Positions 21,906-31,744 are shown, counted from the stretch's first letter. The stretch is DNA of 64,000 nt from an uncultured cyanobacterium (GCA_963765575.1 CAVXWZ010000002.1:160001-224000), one strand, 5' to 3'. Translations and numbers: made by a program. The notes: generated from the sequence alone by a model not told the origin.

Positions 21906-23201
21906 TTGATCGAGCGCTACACCCTGCCCGAGATGGGCGATCTCTGGAGCGAGCAGGCCAAGTTCCAGAGCTGGCTGGATGTGGAGATCGCCGCCACTGA
22001 GGCCAACGCCGAACTGGGGCGGGTGCCCCCTGAAGCGGTTGCCACGATCAAGGCCAAAGCCGGCTTTTCGGTGCAGCGGATCCTCGAGATCGAGGCGGAG
22101 GTGCGCCATGACGTGATCGCCTTCCTCACCGATGTCAATGAGCACGTGGGCGATGCGGGCCGTTACATCCACGTGGGCATGACCAGCTCCGACGTGCTCG
22201 ACACCGGCCTGGCCCTGCAGTTGAAGGCCTCGGTGCAGCTCCTGCGCGCCGAACTCGACCAGTTGGCCGTGGCAATCCGCGAGCTGGCCCGCGCCCACAA
22301 GGGCACGGTGATGATCGGCCGCAGCCACGCCATCCATGGCGAGCCCATCACCTTCGGCTTCAAGCTGGCGGGCTGGCTGGCGGAGACGGAGCGCAACCGT
22401 GAGCGCCTGGAGCGCCTGGAGCGGGTGGTGAGTGTGGGCCAGATCAGTGGCGCCATGGGCACCTACGCCAACACCGATCCCAAGGTCGAGGAGCTCACCT
22501 GCGCCAGCCTGGGCCTGGTGCCCGACACCGCCAGCACCCAGGTGATCTCCCGGGATCGCCATGCCGAGTACGTGCAGACCCTGGCCCTGGTGGGTGCGGC
22601 CCTGGAGCGCTTCAGCACTGAGATCCGCAACCTGCAGCGCACCGACGTGCTGGAGGTGGAGGAGAACTTCGCCAAGGGGCAGAAAGGCAGCTCGGCCATG
22701 CCCCACAAGCGCAACCCGATCCGCAGCGAACGCATCAGCGGCCTGGCCAGGGTGCTGCGCAGCTACGTGGTGGCGGCGCTGGAAAACTGCGCCCTCTGGC
22801 ATGAACGCGACATCAGCCACAGCTCAGTGGAGCGGATGATGCTGCCCGACTGCTCAGCCACCCTGCACTTCATGCTGCGCGACATGACCGAGGTGGTGCG
22901 CGGGCTGGGGGTGTATCCCGACAACATGGCCCGCAACATGAATGTGTACGGCGGGGTGGTGTTCAGCCAGCGGGTGTTGCTGGCCCTGGTGGAGGCCGGC
23001 ATCAGCCGTGAACAGGCCTACCGGATCGTGCAGCGCAACGCCCACAGCGCCTGGAACACCCCCGGTGGCGACTTCCACGCCAACCTGATCGACGACCCTG
23101 AGGTGAGCAGCCAGCTCAGCGACGACCAACTGGAGGCGTGCTTCACCACCGACCTGCACCAGGCCAATCTGGGGGTGATCTGGGAGCGGCTGGGCATCTG
23201 A
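21906..23201 (+). CDS. purB: Adenylosuccinate lyase
   Basis: MIERY, RHDVIAF, GMTSSD, GRSHAIHGEP, GSSAMPHKRNP. Confidence 0.97.
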   Translation: MIERYTLPEMGDLWSEQAKFQSWLDVEIAATEANAELGRVPPEAVATIKAKAGFSVQRILEIEAEVRHDVIAFLTDVNEHVGDAGRYIHVGMTSSDVLDTGLALQLKASVQLLRAELDQLAVAIRELARAHKGTVMIGRSHAIHGEPITFGFKLAGWLAETERNRERLERLERVVSVGQISGAMGTYANTDPKVEELTCASLGLVPDTASTQVISRDRHAEYVQTLALVGAALERFSTEIRNLQRTDVLEVEENFAKGQKGSSAMPHKRNPIRSERISGLARVLRSYVVAALENCALWHERDISHSSVERMMLPDCSATLHFMLRDMTEVVRGLGVYPDNMARNMNVYGGVVFSQRVLLALVEAGISREQAYRIVQRNAHSAWNTPGGDFHANLIDDPEVSSQLSDDQLEACFTTDLHQANLGVIWERLGI

Positions 23202-23237
23202 ACCAGGCCGCTCAGCCCCTGCCGTCCTTAACCGCCC

Positions 23238-24581
23238 TTAATTGGTGAAGATGCGATAGATGGAGGCGGCGTTGAGCACCGGACCCAGGGGGGTCACGGC
23301 CTGCAACAGGAAGTCGTTGAAGCGGGTCCAGCCGTTGCGGGGCACCACCACCATGTCGCCGTTGTGCAGGGAGGGATTGGCCGGCGAATCCAGCGGTGCC
23401 GAGGGGTCAAAGATCACGCTGCGCACACTCACCTCACCGCTGGGTTCCACCCGGATCAGGCGGATCTCCTTGGTATTGGCCCGCAGCGGATCCACATCCC
23501 CAGCGGCGATCACAGCGGAGGCCAGCGGGCTGTTGGAGCGCACCTGGGTCAGGCCCGGCTGCACCACCTCACCCACCACCATGACGCCGATGGTGTCCGG
23601 GGCGAAGTTGGAGGCGGCCGTGCGGATCAGCACATCACTGGGCTGGGGTGTCTCTGCGCGGGCCACCCGAACCATGTCGCCGTCGTAGAGCAGGGGATTG
23701 ACGGTGCTGCGGTTGTTCATCAGCACCTCCAAGTAGTCGAAGCGGTACTCCACAGGCTGTCCACCGGGCACGGCGCTGGGGCGGCTGAGCACAACCTCGG
23801 AGAGGTCGGCGATCGCGGTGATGCCACCGGCCCGCTGCACCGCATCCACCAGGGTGGGCCAGCCGGCCGTGGCGATCGTGGTTTCCGAGGCGGCCGGCCC
23901 AGCCGCCGCCAGACGGGCCGCCTCCCCACCCTGGGTGAGCGTGTAGAAACCGGGCCGCTGCACCTCGCCCAGCAGGGTCACGCGCACCGGACGCGGTGCC
24001 AACAGATCGAGGTACACGAGCGGGTTGCGCAGGAAACGGTCGTAGCCCTCGGTGATGCGTTGACGCGCCTCGTCCATGGTCAGCCCCCAGACGGGCACGG
24101 CGCCCAGCCGGGGCAGGTTGACCGTGCCGTCGGCCAGCACCTCAACCACCGCCTCGTAGCCCTTCACCATGAACACGGACATGGTCAGTCGATCCCCCGG
24201 GCCGAGGCGATAGCGAAAGCCCCTGCTGCCGGGATCAATGCTGACCACGTTTGGCTGGCGCAGGGCCTGGGGCGCCGCTGGGGCGCTGCCCAGGGGAGAG
24301 CGCTTGCGGGTTTCTGCCCCCCTGGCGGCCGGCTGGGTGTCGGTGGCGGCAGGAATGGATTCGGCGGCGGCGGGAATCGGATCGCCGGGAGCCTGATCGG
24401 GGATCGGGAAGGCCTCGGGCTGGTTGGCGCCCTGGGCCAGGGTGCGGGGCGGCGCCCCCAGGGCCGTCACCAGCGCTCCGACGGGCAGCAGGCTCAGGGG
24501 GGTGAGCAGCAGGGCGGCGGCCCGGCGTCGCAGCCCGCGGCGGGCGGCTCGGTCTGCTGCGGTGAGGGGGGTAGAAGACAC
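23238..24581 (-). CDS. Outer-membrane polysaccharide export protein (OPX; Wza/KpsD-like, SLBB domains)
   Basis: YRLGPGDRL, VLADGTVNLPRLG, GEVQRPG, GEVVQPG; signal-like N-terminus and amphipathic C-terminal helix. Confidence 0.88.
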   Translation of the reverse strand: MSSTPLTAADRAARRGLRRRAAALLLTPLSLLPVGALVTALGAPPRTLAQGANQPEAFPIPDQAPGDPIPAAAESIPAATDTQPAARGAETRKRSPLGSAPAAPQALRQPNVVSIDPGSRGFRYRLGPGDRLTMSVFMVKGYEAVVEVLADGTVNLPRLGAVPVWGLTMDEARQRITEGYDRFLRNPLVYLDLLAPRPVRVTLLGEVQRPGFYTLTQGGEAARLAAAGPAASETTIATAGWPTLVDAVQRAGGITAIADLSEVVLSRPSAVPGGQPVEYRFDYLEVLMNNRSTVNPLLYDGDMVRVARAETPQPSDVLIRTAASNFAPDTIGVMVVGEVVQPGLTQVRSNSPLASAVIAAGDVDPLRANTKEIRLIRVEPSGEVSVRSVIFDPSAPLDSPANPSLHNGDMVVVPRNGWTRFNDFLLQAVTPLGPVLNAASIYRIFTN

Positions 24582-24675
24582 GGACCTGGGGGCAGAGGGA
24601 ACCGGTAGCCGGCCAGGGTGACGCTGGGGAGCACCGGGACAGGCGGGCTAATCTTCACGCACCCCCAACCCAATC

Positions 24676-25644
24676 GTGAAGACGACCGACGGAAATCCGC
24701 TGAATCTCTCCGCCGCGATCGCTCTTCCCCAGGATCGGGTCCAAGCGGATCTGGCTCCCTTCCTGCTGCTGTCCTCCCAGGGCCTGGATCTCTACCTGCT
24801 GCCCGGCGAGCGCTTTGGTCCCTACGCCGAACCGGTGGGGGAGCTGCGCGAACTCACCTACCGACAGCAGCTCTCGGGCTCCGGCAAGAGCCGGGATCTG
24901 GACAGCCGCGATCCCCATTACGACCACTTCCTGCTGGTGGAGAGCAACAGTGGCGAATTGGCGGGATCGGCACGCCTGCAGTTCGTCCCCGCTCGCGCGA
25001 GCGGCGACCAATCCGCAGCGGGGTTGCCGCCCTTGCCGGGTGGGGCGCAGTCCTACCTGGAACATGTGTATCCGGGCATCAAGGCCCATCTGGCCAGCCA
25101 GGGCAACCACCTGGAGATCGGCCGTGTGGCCCTGGCGCCACGGTTTCAGCGTCAGCCCCACACCCTGATGCTGCTGTTTCGCGGCGGTCTTCAGGTGGCC
25201 GTGGGAGCCGGTTACAGCTCCATCCATGGTCTGGTCTCCTACAACCACTTCGCCTACGACGAAACGGTGAACCGGGAGTTTCTCAGCACCCTGCTGCGTC
25301 CCCCCTTCCTCGATCCCTCCAGCCCCCATCCACAGCCGCGCCATCCGGTGGCAGGTCTCGCCCCCGCGCCCAGCCCCGCTGCCGTGGCCAGCATCCAGGA
25401 ACTGGAACTGCACATCCGCCACGACCTGGACCCATCCTTCCGTCTGCCCGTGCTGCTGCGCCAGTACTTCAACCTGATGGAGGCCAGCGTGCGCAACCTC
25501 TCTCTGGCCCGGGACTTCAACCAGATCACCGAGATCCTGATGGCCGCCGATCTGCGGCGGATCCCGACCCGCCGGCTGGAACACTTCATCGACGTCGACC
25601 ATCGGCCGATCTACCGGAGTTTCAGCTGGTACCGGGGAGGATGA
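24676..25644 (+). CDS. GNAT-fold N-acyltransferase (OlsB/Acetyltransf_5-like, N-acyl amino acid synthase type)
   Basis: GELRELTYR..GSGKSRDLDSRDPHYDHFLLV, LEIGRVALAPRFQR, LPVLLRQY, DFN; resembles the N-acyltransferase domain of ornithine-lipid synthases. Confidence 0.78.
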   Translation: MKTTDGNPLNLSAAIALPQDRVQADLAPFLLLSSQGLDLYLLPGERFGPYAEPVGELRELTYRQQLSGSGKSRDLDSRDPHYDHFLLVESNSGELAGSARLQFVPARASGDQSAAGLPPLPGGAQSYLEHVYPGIKAHLASQGNHLEIGRVALAPRFQRQPHTLMLLFRGGLQVAVGAGYSSIHGLVSYNHFAYDETVNREFLSTLLRPPFLDPSSPHPQPRHPVAGLAPAPSPAAVASIQELELHIRHDLDPSFRLPVLLRQYFNLMEASVRNLSLARDFNQITEILMAADLRRIPTRRLEHFIDVDHRPIYRSFSWYRGG

Positions 25645-25701
25645 GGCCGTGCCATTGAACTGGTACGTTGCCATCCGATCAAGGCGTGGCCGAGGGACTT
25701 G

Positions 25702-26052
25702 ATGCACGCAGGCCCCGACAACGACAGCAGCGGAGCCGCGTCCCCCATTCCTGGCGCCAATCGCCAACCGAGGGCCCACGACACCGCCACTCCCGGCCGG
25801 CAGAGCCTGCAGGAGCGGCTGATCGAGATTCTGCAGCGCATCTCAGGGGCTGATCCGGAGCAGATCACCCCTGATGCCCGGCTGATCGAAGACATCGGCA
25901 TCGACTCCCTGGGCTTCTACGAAATCCTGATCGAGGCGGACGAGTGCCTGGGCATCAAGATCCGGGAAGAGGATCTGCTCGGCTTCCGCACCGTGGGGGA
26001 TGTGCAGCGGCACCTGGAGTCCCTGGAGCGGGACCATGGCCCGAACAACTGA
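25702..26052 (+). CDS. Acyl carrier protein (cluster-specific)
   Basis: ITPDARLIEDIGIDSLG phosphopantetheine-Ser motif, FRTVGDV; about 35-aa N-terminal extension, start uncertain. Confidence 0.88.
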   Translation: MHAGPDNDSSGAASPIPGANRQPRAHDTATPGRQSLQERLIEILQRISGADPEQITPDARLIEDIGIDSLGFYEILIEADECLGIKIREEDLLGFRTVGDVQRHLESLERDHGPNN

Positions 26053-27292
26053 GCGCATCGCGGTCACCGGCTGGGGGGCCATCACCCCGCTGGCCGCCGA
26101 TGCCGACGCCACCTGGGCGGCCATGGTCGCGGGCCACTCCGGCATTACGGCCCTAGACCAGGCCTGGGCCAGCGACCTGCCCGCCCGCATCGGCGGCTGC
26201 GTTGCCGAGGACATCGCCAGCGAGCTCGAACCGCTCCAGCGCCGCCGCCTGGATCGCTGCTCCCAGCTCGGCCTGCTGGCCGCGCGCCAGGCCTGGGCCC
26301 AGGCCCGACCGCAGCTGGCGGGGATCGATGCGGCCCGGGTGGCGGTGGTGATCGGCACGGGCATCGGCGGGCTGGCGACCCTGGAGCGGCAGCACCGCAA
26401 TCTGCTGGAGGCCGGCCCGAGCCGGGTCAATCCGCTCACCGTGCCGATGCTGATTCCCAATGCCGCAGCCGGCCAGATCGCCATTGACCTGGGCTTGCAT
26501 GGCGGCGCCCACACGCCGGTGTCGGCCTGCGCCTCCGGAGCGGAAGCGCTGCTGCTGGCCCAACTGCTGCTCAACGACGACCGCGCCGACGTGGTCATCG
26601 CCGGCGGCAGTGAGGCGCCCGTGAACCGGCTGGGCCTGGTGGGCTTTGCGGCCATGCGTGCCCTCTCCTGCCGCAATGGGGCCCCGGATCAGGCCTCCCG
26701 CCCCTACGGCCGCGACCGGGACGGCTTCGTGCTCTCGGAGGGGGCGGGGGCGCTGGTGTTGCAGCGGCAGAGCGACCTTGCCCCCGGCGCTCCCCAACCC
26801 CTGGGCTGGCTGCTCGCCTGCGGCAGCAGCAGCGACGGCCACCACATCGTGGCGCCGGAGCCGCAGGGGCTGCGGGCCAGCGCCGCCATGGCCGACGCCC
26901 TCAGACGGGCCGACATCGGCGTTGACGCCCTGAGCTTCGTGCAGGCCCATGCCACCGGCACGCCGCTGGGCGATCTGGCGGAGGCCCGGGCGCTGGCCCG
27001 AACCCTGGGTGCCCGCGTCGAGGACCTGCCGGTGACGGCCCCGAAGGGCCAGCTGGGCCACCTGCTCGGAGCCGCCGGAGCCGTGGAGACGATCCTGGTG
27101 CTGCAGGCCCTGCGCCAGGGCCTTGTGCCCCGCAGTGTCAACGCCGACCCCCTCGACCCGGCGATCGCGCTGGCGGTGGTACAGGACGGTCCACTCCGGC
27201 TGCCGGGCGGTGCCGACGGCGGCGAGCGCTACGCCCTCAAGAACGCCTTCGGTTTCGGCGGCCACAACATCAGCCTGGTGCTGGCGGCCTGA
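26036..27292 (+). CDS. fabF: Beta-ketoacyl-ACP synthase II (FabF-like, cluster-specific)
   Basis: Cys-His-His triad: SACASG, QAHATGT, KGQLGHLLGAAG; NAFGFGGHN; overlaps the ACP stop. Confidence 0.9.
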   Translation: MARTTERIAVTGWGAITPLAADADATWAAMVAGHSGITALDQAWASDLPARIGGCVAEDIASELEPLQRRRLDRCSQLGLLAARQAWAQARPQLAGIDAARVAVVIGTGIGGLATLERQHRNLLEAGPSRVNPLTVPMLIPNAAAGQIAIDLGLHGGAHTPVSACASGAEALLLAQLLLNDDRADVVIAGGSEAPVNRLGLVGFAAMRALSCRNGAPDQASRPYGRDRDGFVLSEGAGALVLQRQSDLAPGAPQPLGWLLACGSSSDGHHIVAPEPQGLRASAAMADALRRADIGVDALSFVQAHATGTPLGDLAEARALARTLGARVEDLPVTAPKGQLGHLLGAAGAVETILVLQALRQGLVPRSVNADPLDPAIALAVVQDGPLRLPGGADGGERYALKNAFGFGGHNISLVLAA

Positions 27293-29312
27293 GGGCGGGG
27301 CCGGCGTAGTGGGCCTGAACGGCCTGCACGAAGGCGCGGCGGTCGCCCGGCTGCTCCTGGATCTGCAGCTCCCGGGCGCGGCCCCGGCGGCAGTGGATCG
27401 TGGCCAGGGGGGCCGTGAGCCGGGAGAGCAGCAACCGCAGCGGCCGATAGAGGTCGCTGGCCGAAGTGGAAAGCCCGTAGTAGCTGAAGGTCCAGGGCAC
27501 GATCAGGGCTCCATGCTTGCGGGCCAGGATCAGGGCGCTGGCGGAAACCCGCTCGCTGATCGGCGTCACCAGGGAGCCATTGGGGGCCAGCATCACCTGG
27601 CCACGCTGGGCCAGCGTGCGCGACGCCCCGTACACGGCCGAGGTGCGCGAGCGGCCATCGCGATGGTCCATCAGGCCATGGCCGGCATTCGCCGCCGAGG
27701 CCGCGAACCAGGGCATGATCCGGCTCAGGTGCAGGCTGGCGGTGGTGATGCTGGGGAGCCGCAGCACCCCCTGAACCACCAGCACATCGGCGGGGTGCTC
27801 GTGGTTCCAGATGTGCACCAGGGGAAGGCCCTCGGGCTCGCTGGGATGGCTGTCATCCACCACCACGCTGATGCCCAGGGCCCGCAGTCCCACCAGGGCC
27901 GTGGCGACGAGCAAGCGGGCGGCCAGCCGGCGGCAGCCCAGAGCCAGCGCCAGCAGTTGCAGCCCGTAGACCAGGAAATAGGAGACCCCCCAGAAGGATC
28001 GGGCCAGCACCCGCAGCGGCAGCAGCAGGCGGTTGTCCCGGGCCGCTTGGCCGGGGGCGGGAAGCTGCGGGCGCGGTGACAGCCGGCGGGCCTCCGGTCC
28101 AATGGGGAAGGTGGTGCGGAAGGGGAAGTCGCCGTCGAAATTGCCGTTCACCTGCGTGGTGGTCACCAGGTGGTCGTAGAAGCGGTAAAAGAGCGGCCGG
28201 TCGCTGGTATGGGGTTCGCGCCAGAACTGATCCAGGGGCTGCTGATCGGTGAGACCGGGGAGGTTGTAGAAGGTCTGGCCCATCACCTTGGTGGGTACCG
28301 CGTGATAAAGGGCCTGCAGTCCCACGGAGCTGTTGACGGTCACCACGCCGCGACAGGTGCGCAGGAAGCGGCTGAGGGCACCGTCATGGAAGTAGTGCAC
28401 CCGGCCCGCCAGCCCATGGCGATGGGCCAACAACTGGATCAGCCGTCCGTAGTGGTTGTAGCCCCGGTCGCGGGGGTGGTGCTTGAAGGCGAGGTGGTCG
28501 GAGGCATGGGCATGGCGGGCAAAGGAGGTGATCACGTCTTCGATGAAGTCGTGCATTCCCCGGTAGGGCGAACCCAGCTGCACCTGGGAATCACTCGACA
28601 CCTGCAACACCACCAGAAAGAACGAGAGGTGCTCCAGCAGGCGCTGTTTCAGGGTGCGCTGCTGCCAGCGATAGAGCCAGTAGCGCCAGTTGCCGCGCAG
28701 CTGGCACCAGAGAAAACGCGGCGAGGGCTGCAGCTTGTGCTCACCCTCGATGATCGGGTACCGGGTGAAGGCGTGCTGGATGAAGGTGGGGGCCTTCCAG
28801 AGCTTGCGCCAGCGCCAGCCGGGATCCAGCTGGCCCTGGGGGAGCGCATCCACCGGCGGCAACTGGTGGTAGAAGTCGGCGGGCTGGTTGAGATTGGAGC
28901 GGGCATTGACCCGCTCGCGCTCAAGGGTCACGTAGTTGGGCCGGATGTAGCCGAGCTCGAACACCCAGGCCTCGATGCCGGCGCTGCGCGCCTCTTCGAT
29001 GGCCATGCGGTGGGGAATGATGAAGTCGCCATACATGAAGATGTGGCGAATTCCGCGCTCGACGATCAGCTGGCGCAGAAACGGCCGCCACTCCTCCATC
29101 GAGCCACTGAAGGGCACCCGCACCTCCCGGGGGAAGCCGAACTCATGCAGCGGGAAGCTCACCTTGGTGACGGGAATGCCGCAGCCGCGCAGGTAGCGGC
29201 AGAAGCGGGCGAAGAACAGTCCGATCGGCCCCATCAGCAGCAACACCGGCCCGTCGATCTGCACCTGAACCAACTGCACCGGAGCCGGAGCGGGGGCCCG
29301 TTCTGTGGTCAA
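27270..29312 (-). CDS. kpsS: KpsS-type (GT107) capsule protein fused to a C-terminal PlsC-like acyltransferase
   Basis: VLLLMGPIG.FF, FELGYIRPNYVTLE, LQVSSDSQ, KHHPRD, TVNSSVG, TQVNGNF; then a hydrophobic segment, WNHEHPAD (HX4D), LAPNGS, ALIVPW. Confidence 0.88.
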   Translation of the reverse strand: MTTERAPAPAPVQLVQVQIDGPVLLLMGPIGLFFARFCRYLRGCGIPVTKVSFPLHEFGFPREVRVPFSGSMEEWRPFLRQLIVERGIRHIFMYGDFIIPHRMAIEEARSAGIEAWVFELGYIRPNYVTLERERVNARSNLNQPADFYHQLPPVDALPQGQLDPGWRWRKLWKAPTFIQHAFTRYPIIEGEHKLQPSPRFLWCQLRGNWRYWLYRWQQRTLKQRLLEHLSFFLVVLQVSSDSQVQLGSPYRGMHDFIEDVITSFARHAHASDHLAFKHHPRDRGYNHYGRLIQLLAHRHGLAGRVHYFHDGALSRFLRTCRGVVTVNSSVGLQALYHAVPTKVMGQTFYNLPGLTDQQPLDQFWREPHTSDRPLFYRFYDHLVTTTQVNGNFDGDFPFRTTFPIGPEARRLSPRPQLPAPGQAARDNRLLLPLRVLARSFWGVSYFLVYGLQLLALALGCRRLAARLLVATALVGLRALGISVVVDDSHPSEPEGLPLVHIWNHEHPADVLVVQGVLRLPSITTASLHLSRIMPWFAASAANAGHGLMDHRDGRSRTSAVYGASRTLAQRGQVMLAPNGSLVTPISERVSASALILARKHGALIVPWTFSYYGLSTSASDLYRPLRLLLSRLTAPLATIHCRRGRARELQIQEQPGDRRAFVQAVQAHYAGPALRPPAPG

Positions 29313-29367
29313 CGCGGTGTCCTGCAGGGCAATGCCTGGCTCAACTCTGCCACCCCAGGCAAGGCGC

Positions 29368-31377
29368 TCAGCGCTGCCGCAGCCGCCCCCAGTGCCGGAA
29401 GATCCGCTGCCGCAGGCTCAGGGGACGGGGCGGTGCCGAGCGCCAGGCCAGCAACTCCTCGATCGCCTGCTCCGGCTCGATGAACAGGCCGCTATGGCGG
29501 CTCACGTACAGCGGATAGTCGATCAGGGCGGCATGGACCAGGGCATCCAGGGGCAGGGGCCGCCCCCGGCGCTCGCAGCTCAGGCGGTCGTGGCTGAGGC
29601 CCCAGCCGGCGTAGAAGGGCAAGCCCCAGGTGTGCACCTCCAGCTCCCGCAGCAGGGCCTCGAAACCGGCGATCGAGGTGAGCACGTGCAGGGCATCGAC
29701 CTGGGTGAACAATTGCTGGATCGAGGCGTCCACCAGCAGCTCGTCACACCAGTCCAGTGCCGCGTGTTCCCCCGAACCCGGCCGGCACAGCCCCGCCACC
29801 ACGTCGGGGTGGGGCTTGTAGACGAGATGGGCCGAGGGCTCGGCGGCCCGCACCGCCTGCAGCAGAGCCAGATTGGTGCGCAGCCCGGGGGCCCCCAGCC
29901 GGATTGAGGCATCGGCTTCCACCTGTCCCACCACCAGCACCACCCGGCGGGCAGCGTCCGGACGGCGCCAGGCCGGGGCCAGGAGGTTGTACTTCGTGAT
30001 CGCCTGCTCCACCAGCCGGCTGCGCAGACCCCGGGCCCGCAGCAGTTGCCTGTCGTCCCATGACCCGGTGGCCAGCAGCTGTTCGAGCTCACTGGGGGCG
30101 CTGGCGTCGTAATAGATGCCGCGCCGGTCGATCACCCAGGACATCGGATCGATCAGGTCGGCCCCAAGCCCCACCGAGCGCAGGAAGCCGTCCTCGGCGT
30201 GCAGCAGCGGCAGATCGCGGCGGCGGGCCGCCTGCAGCAGGGCGGGCTTGGCGCGCCGGCCCCACACCGCCAGCGCCTCGGCGCGGCGGCCCGGCCGCTG
30301 CCAGGGAAACCGGAACCGCAACCGGCTGCCGGCCAGGAAGCGGCGCAGCACCCGCTGTTTCCAGGGGGTGAAGCCGAAGGCCTCGATGCGCTCGGGATTG
30401 CGGCAACGGTGCCGGCGCTGCAGGCCGATCGCCGTGATCAGGTCCTCCACCGCGCAGGGCCGCTGCCGGTGGGGATCGATGTACACGGCGTAATCGACCA
30501 GGGCCGCATGGATCAGATCACCGAGCTGCCGCGGCCCCCGCCGCGCGGGCGCGGGGGCGTGGTCCCGGGTGAGTCCCCAGCCGCCATAGAAGGGCATGCC
30601 GAAGCAGTGCACCGGCCGGCCCCAGAGCAGGGCCTCAAAGCCCAGCTGGGAGGTGACCACATACACCGCCTCAGCCCGCTCGAGCAGGGCCGCGGGGTGG
30701 CCGCCGCTGGCCTCGAGCTTGATGCGCGGATGCCGCAACTGGCGGGCCTGGAAATGGCCGCGCTTGCGGCCGCGGACCACATCCGGATGGGTCTTGACGA
30801 CCACCGTGCGCTGCGGATGGTCGGCCAGGGCGGCGGCGAGCATGGCGGCGAAGCTGCCGCGATCGGCCCCACCCAGGCCGATCGAGAGGTCACCGGCCGT
30901 CTGATCGACCACCAGCACGAAGGGCTCGGCCGGCGCCGCCGCCTCGCGGCTGCCGTTGTACTTGCTCACCCGCTGCTGGCACCACAGGCGGCGGATGGCG
31001 GCGGCCCGCAGCAACTGGGCCGGGCTGTGGGCGGCAGCGATCAGGCGCTCCAGGCGGGAGGGGGCGGCGGCGGCGTAATAGATGCCGGCGTCATCGATCA
31101 CCAGGCCCAGGGGCACGCTGTCGGGCCCCAGGCCCAGGGAACGCAGAAAGGCGTCTTCACAGCGCCAGAGCGGCAGCTTGCGCCGCCGTGCCAGCCGCTC
31201 GGCCCGGCGGGCGCTGGGCTTGTGGCCCCAGGCCAGCAGGGCATCGAGCTCGGCGCCGGCGCAGCGGGCCGCCCCGCTCACCAGGTGGTGGTCGGCCAGC
31301 AGCGCCGCCAGGGTGCTGTGGCGCAGCATGCCGGCGGCCGGCAGCCCCAGACGGGCCGCGGGGAGAGGAGAGGCCAA
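29368..31377 (-). CDS. kpsC: Capsule biosynthesis protein KpsC (two GT107 domains)
   Basis: Duplicated EDAFLRS/EDGFLRS, GIYY, SKYN/TKYN, QTAGD/QVEAD, KTHPD/KPHPD, PFYGGWG/PFYAGWG. Confidence 0.93.
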   Translation of the reverse strand: MASPLPAARLGLPAAGMLRHSTLAALLADHHLVSGAARCAGAELDALLAWGHKPSARRAERLARRRKLPLWRCEDAFLRSLGLGPDSVPLGLVIDDAGIYYAAAAPSRLERLIAAAHSPAQLLRAAAIRRLWCQQRVSKYNGSREAAAPAEPFVLVVDQTAGDLSIGLGGADRGSFAAMLAAALADHPQRTVVVKTHPDVVRGRKRGHFQARQLRHPRIKLEASGGHPAALLERAEAVYVVTSQLGFEALLWGRPVHCFGMPFYGGWGLTRDHAPAPARRGPRQLGDLIHAALVDYAVYIDPHRQRPCAVEDLITAIGLQRRHRCRNPERIEAFGFTPWKQRVLRRFLAGSRLRFRFPWQRPGRRAEALAVWGRRAKPALLQAARRRDLPLLHAEDGFLRSVGLGADLIDPMSWVIDRRGIYYDASAPSELEQLLATGSWDDRQLLRARGLRSRLVEQAITKYNLLAPAWRRPDAARRVVLVVGQVEADASIRLGAPGLRTNLALLQAVRAAEPSAHLVYKPHPDVVAGLCRPGSGEHAALDWCDELLVDASIQQLFTQVDALHVLTSIAGFEALLRELEVHTWGLPFYAGWGLSHDRLSCERRGRPLPLDALVHAALIDYPLYVSRHSGLFIEPEQAIEELLAWRSAPPRPLSLRQRIFRHWGRLRQR

Positions 31378-31441
31378 GGGCGTGGAGGCGCCTGCAGGCG
31401 GGGCGCCTGGCTGGAGCGGGGCTCAGGTTACCGACCGCGCC

Positions 31442-31744
31442 ATGGCTGCTACGTTCAGCCCCACCGCTGCCGGGGACACGGCCAAGGTGCTGATCGACAG
31501 CTTCATGGACTCCTCCATCGACCGGCTCTGCGCGGCGGTCGCTGAAGAGGTGGGCATGCCCGTGGGGCGGGTCCGCCGGGTGGTGCTGGCCCTCCAGCGC
31601 CAGCGGCAGCGCTCCATGGCCGGCATCGCGGCGGCGAGCGCCGCGGCTCCCGGTCTGGAGGCCGCTGCGCCCGATGATCCCCTGCGCTGGTATCCGCTCG
31701 GGGCCAATGGCCGGCTGCGTCCCCCCGGGCCGGATCAGCCATGA
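31442..31744 (+). CDS. Hypothetical protein (100 aa), first gene of the neuA operon
   Basis: ATG 31442; ATGA overlap with neuA. Confidence 0.6.
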   Translation: MAATFSPTAAGDTAKVLIDSFMDSSIDRLCAAVAEEVGMPVGRVRRVVLALQRQRQRSMAGIAAASAAAPGLEAAAPDDPLRWYPLGANGRLRPPGPDQP

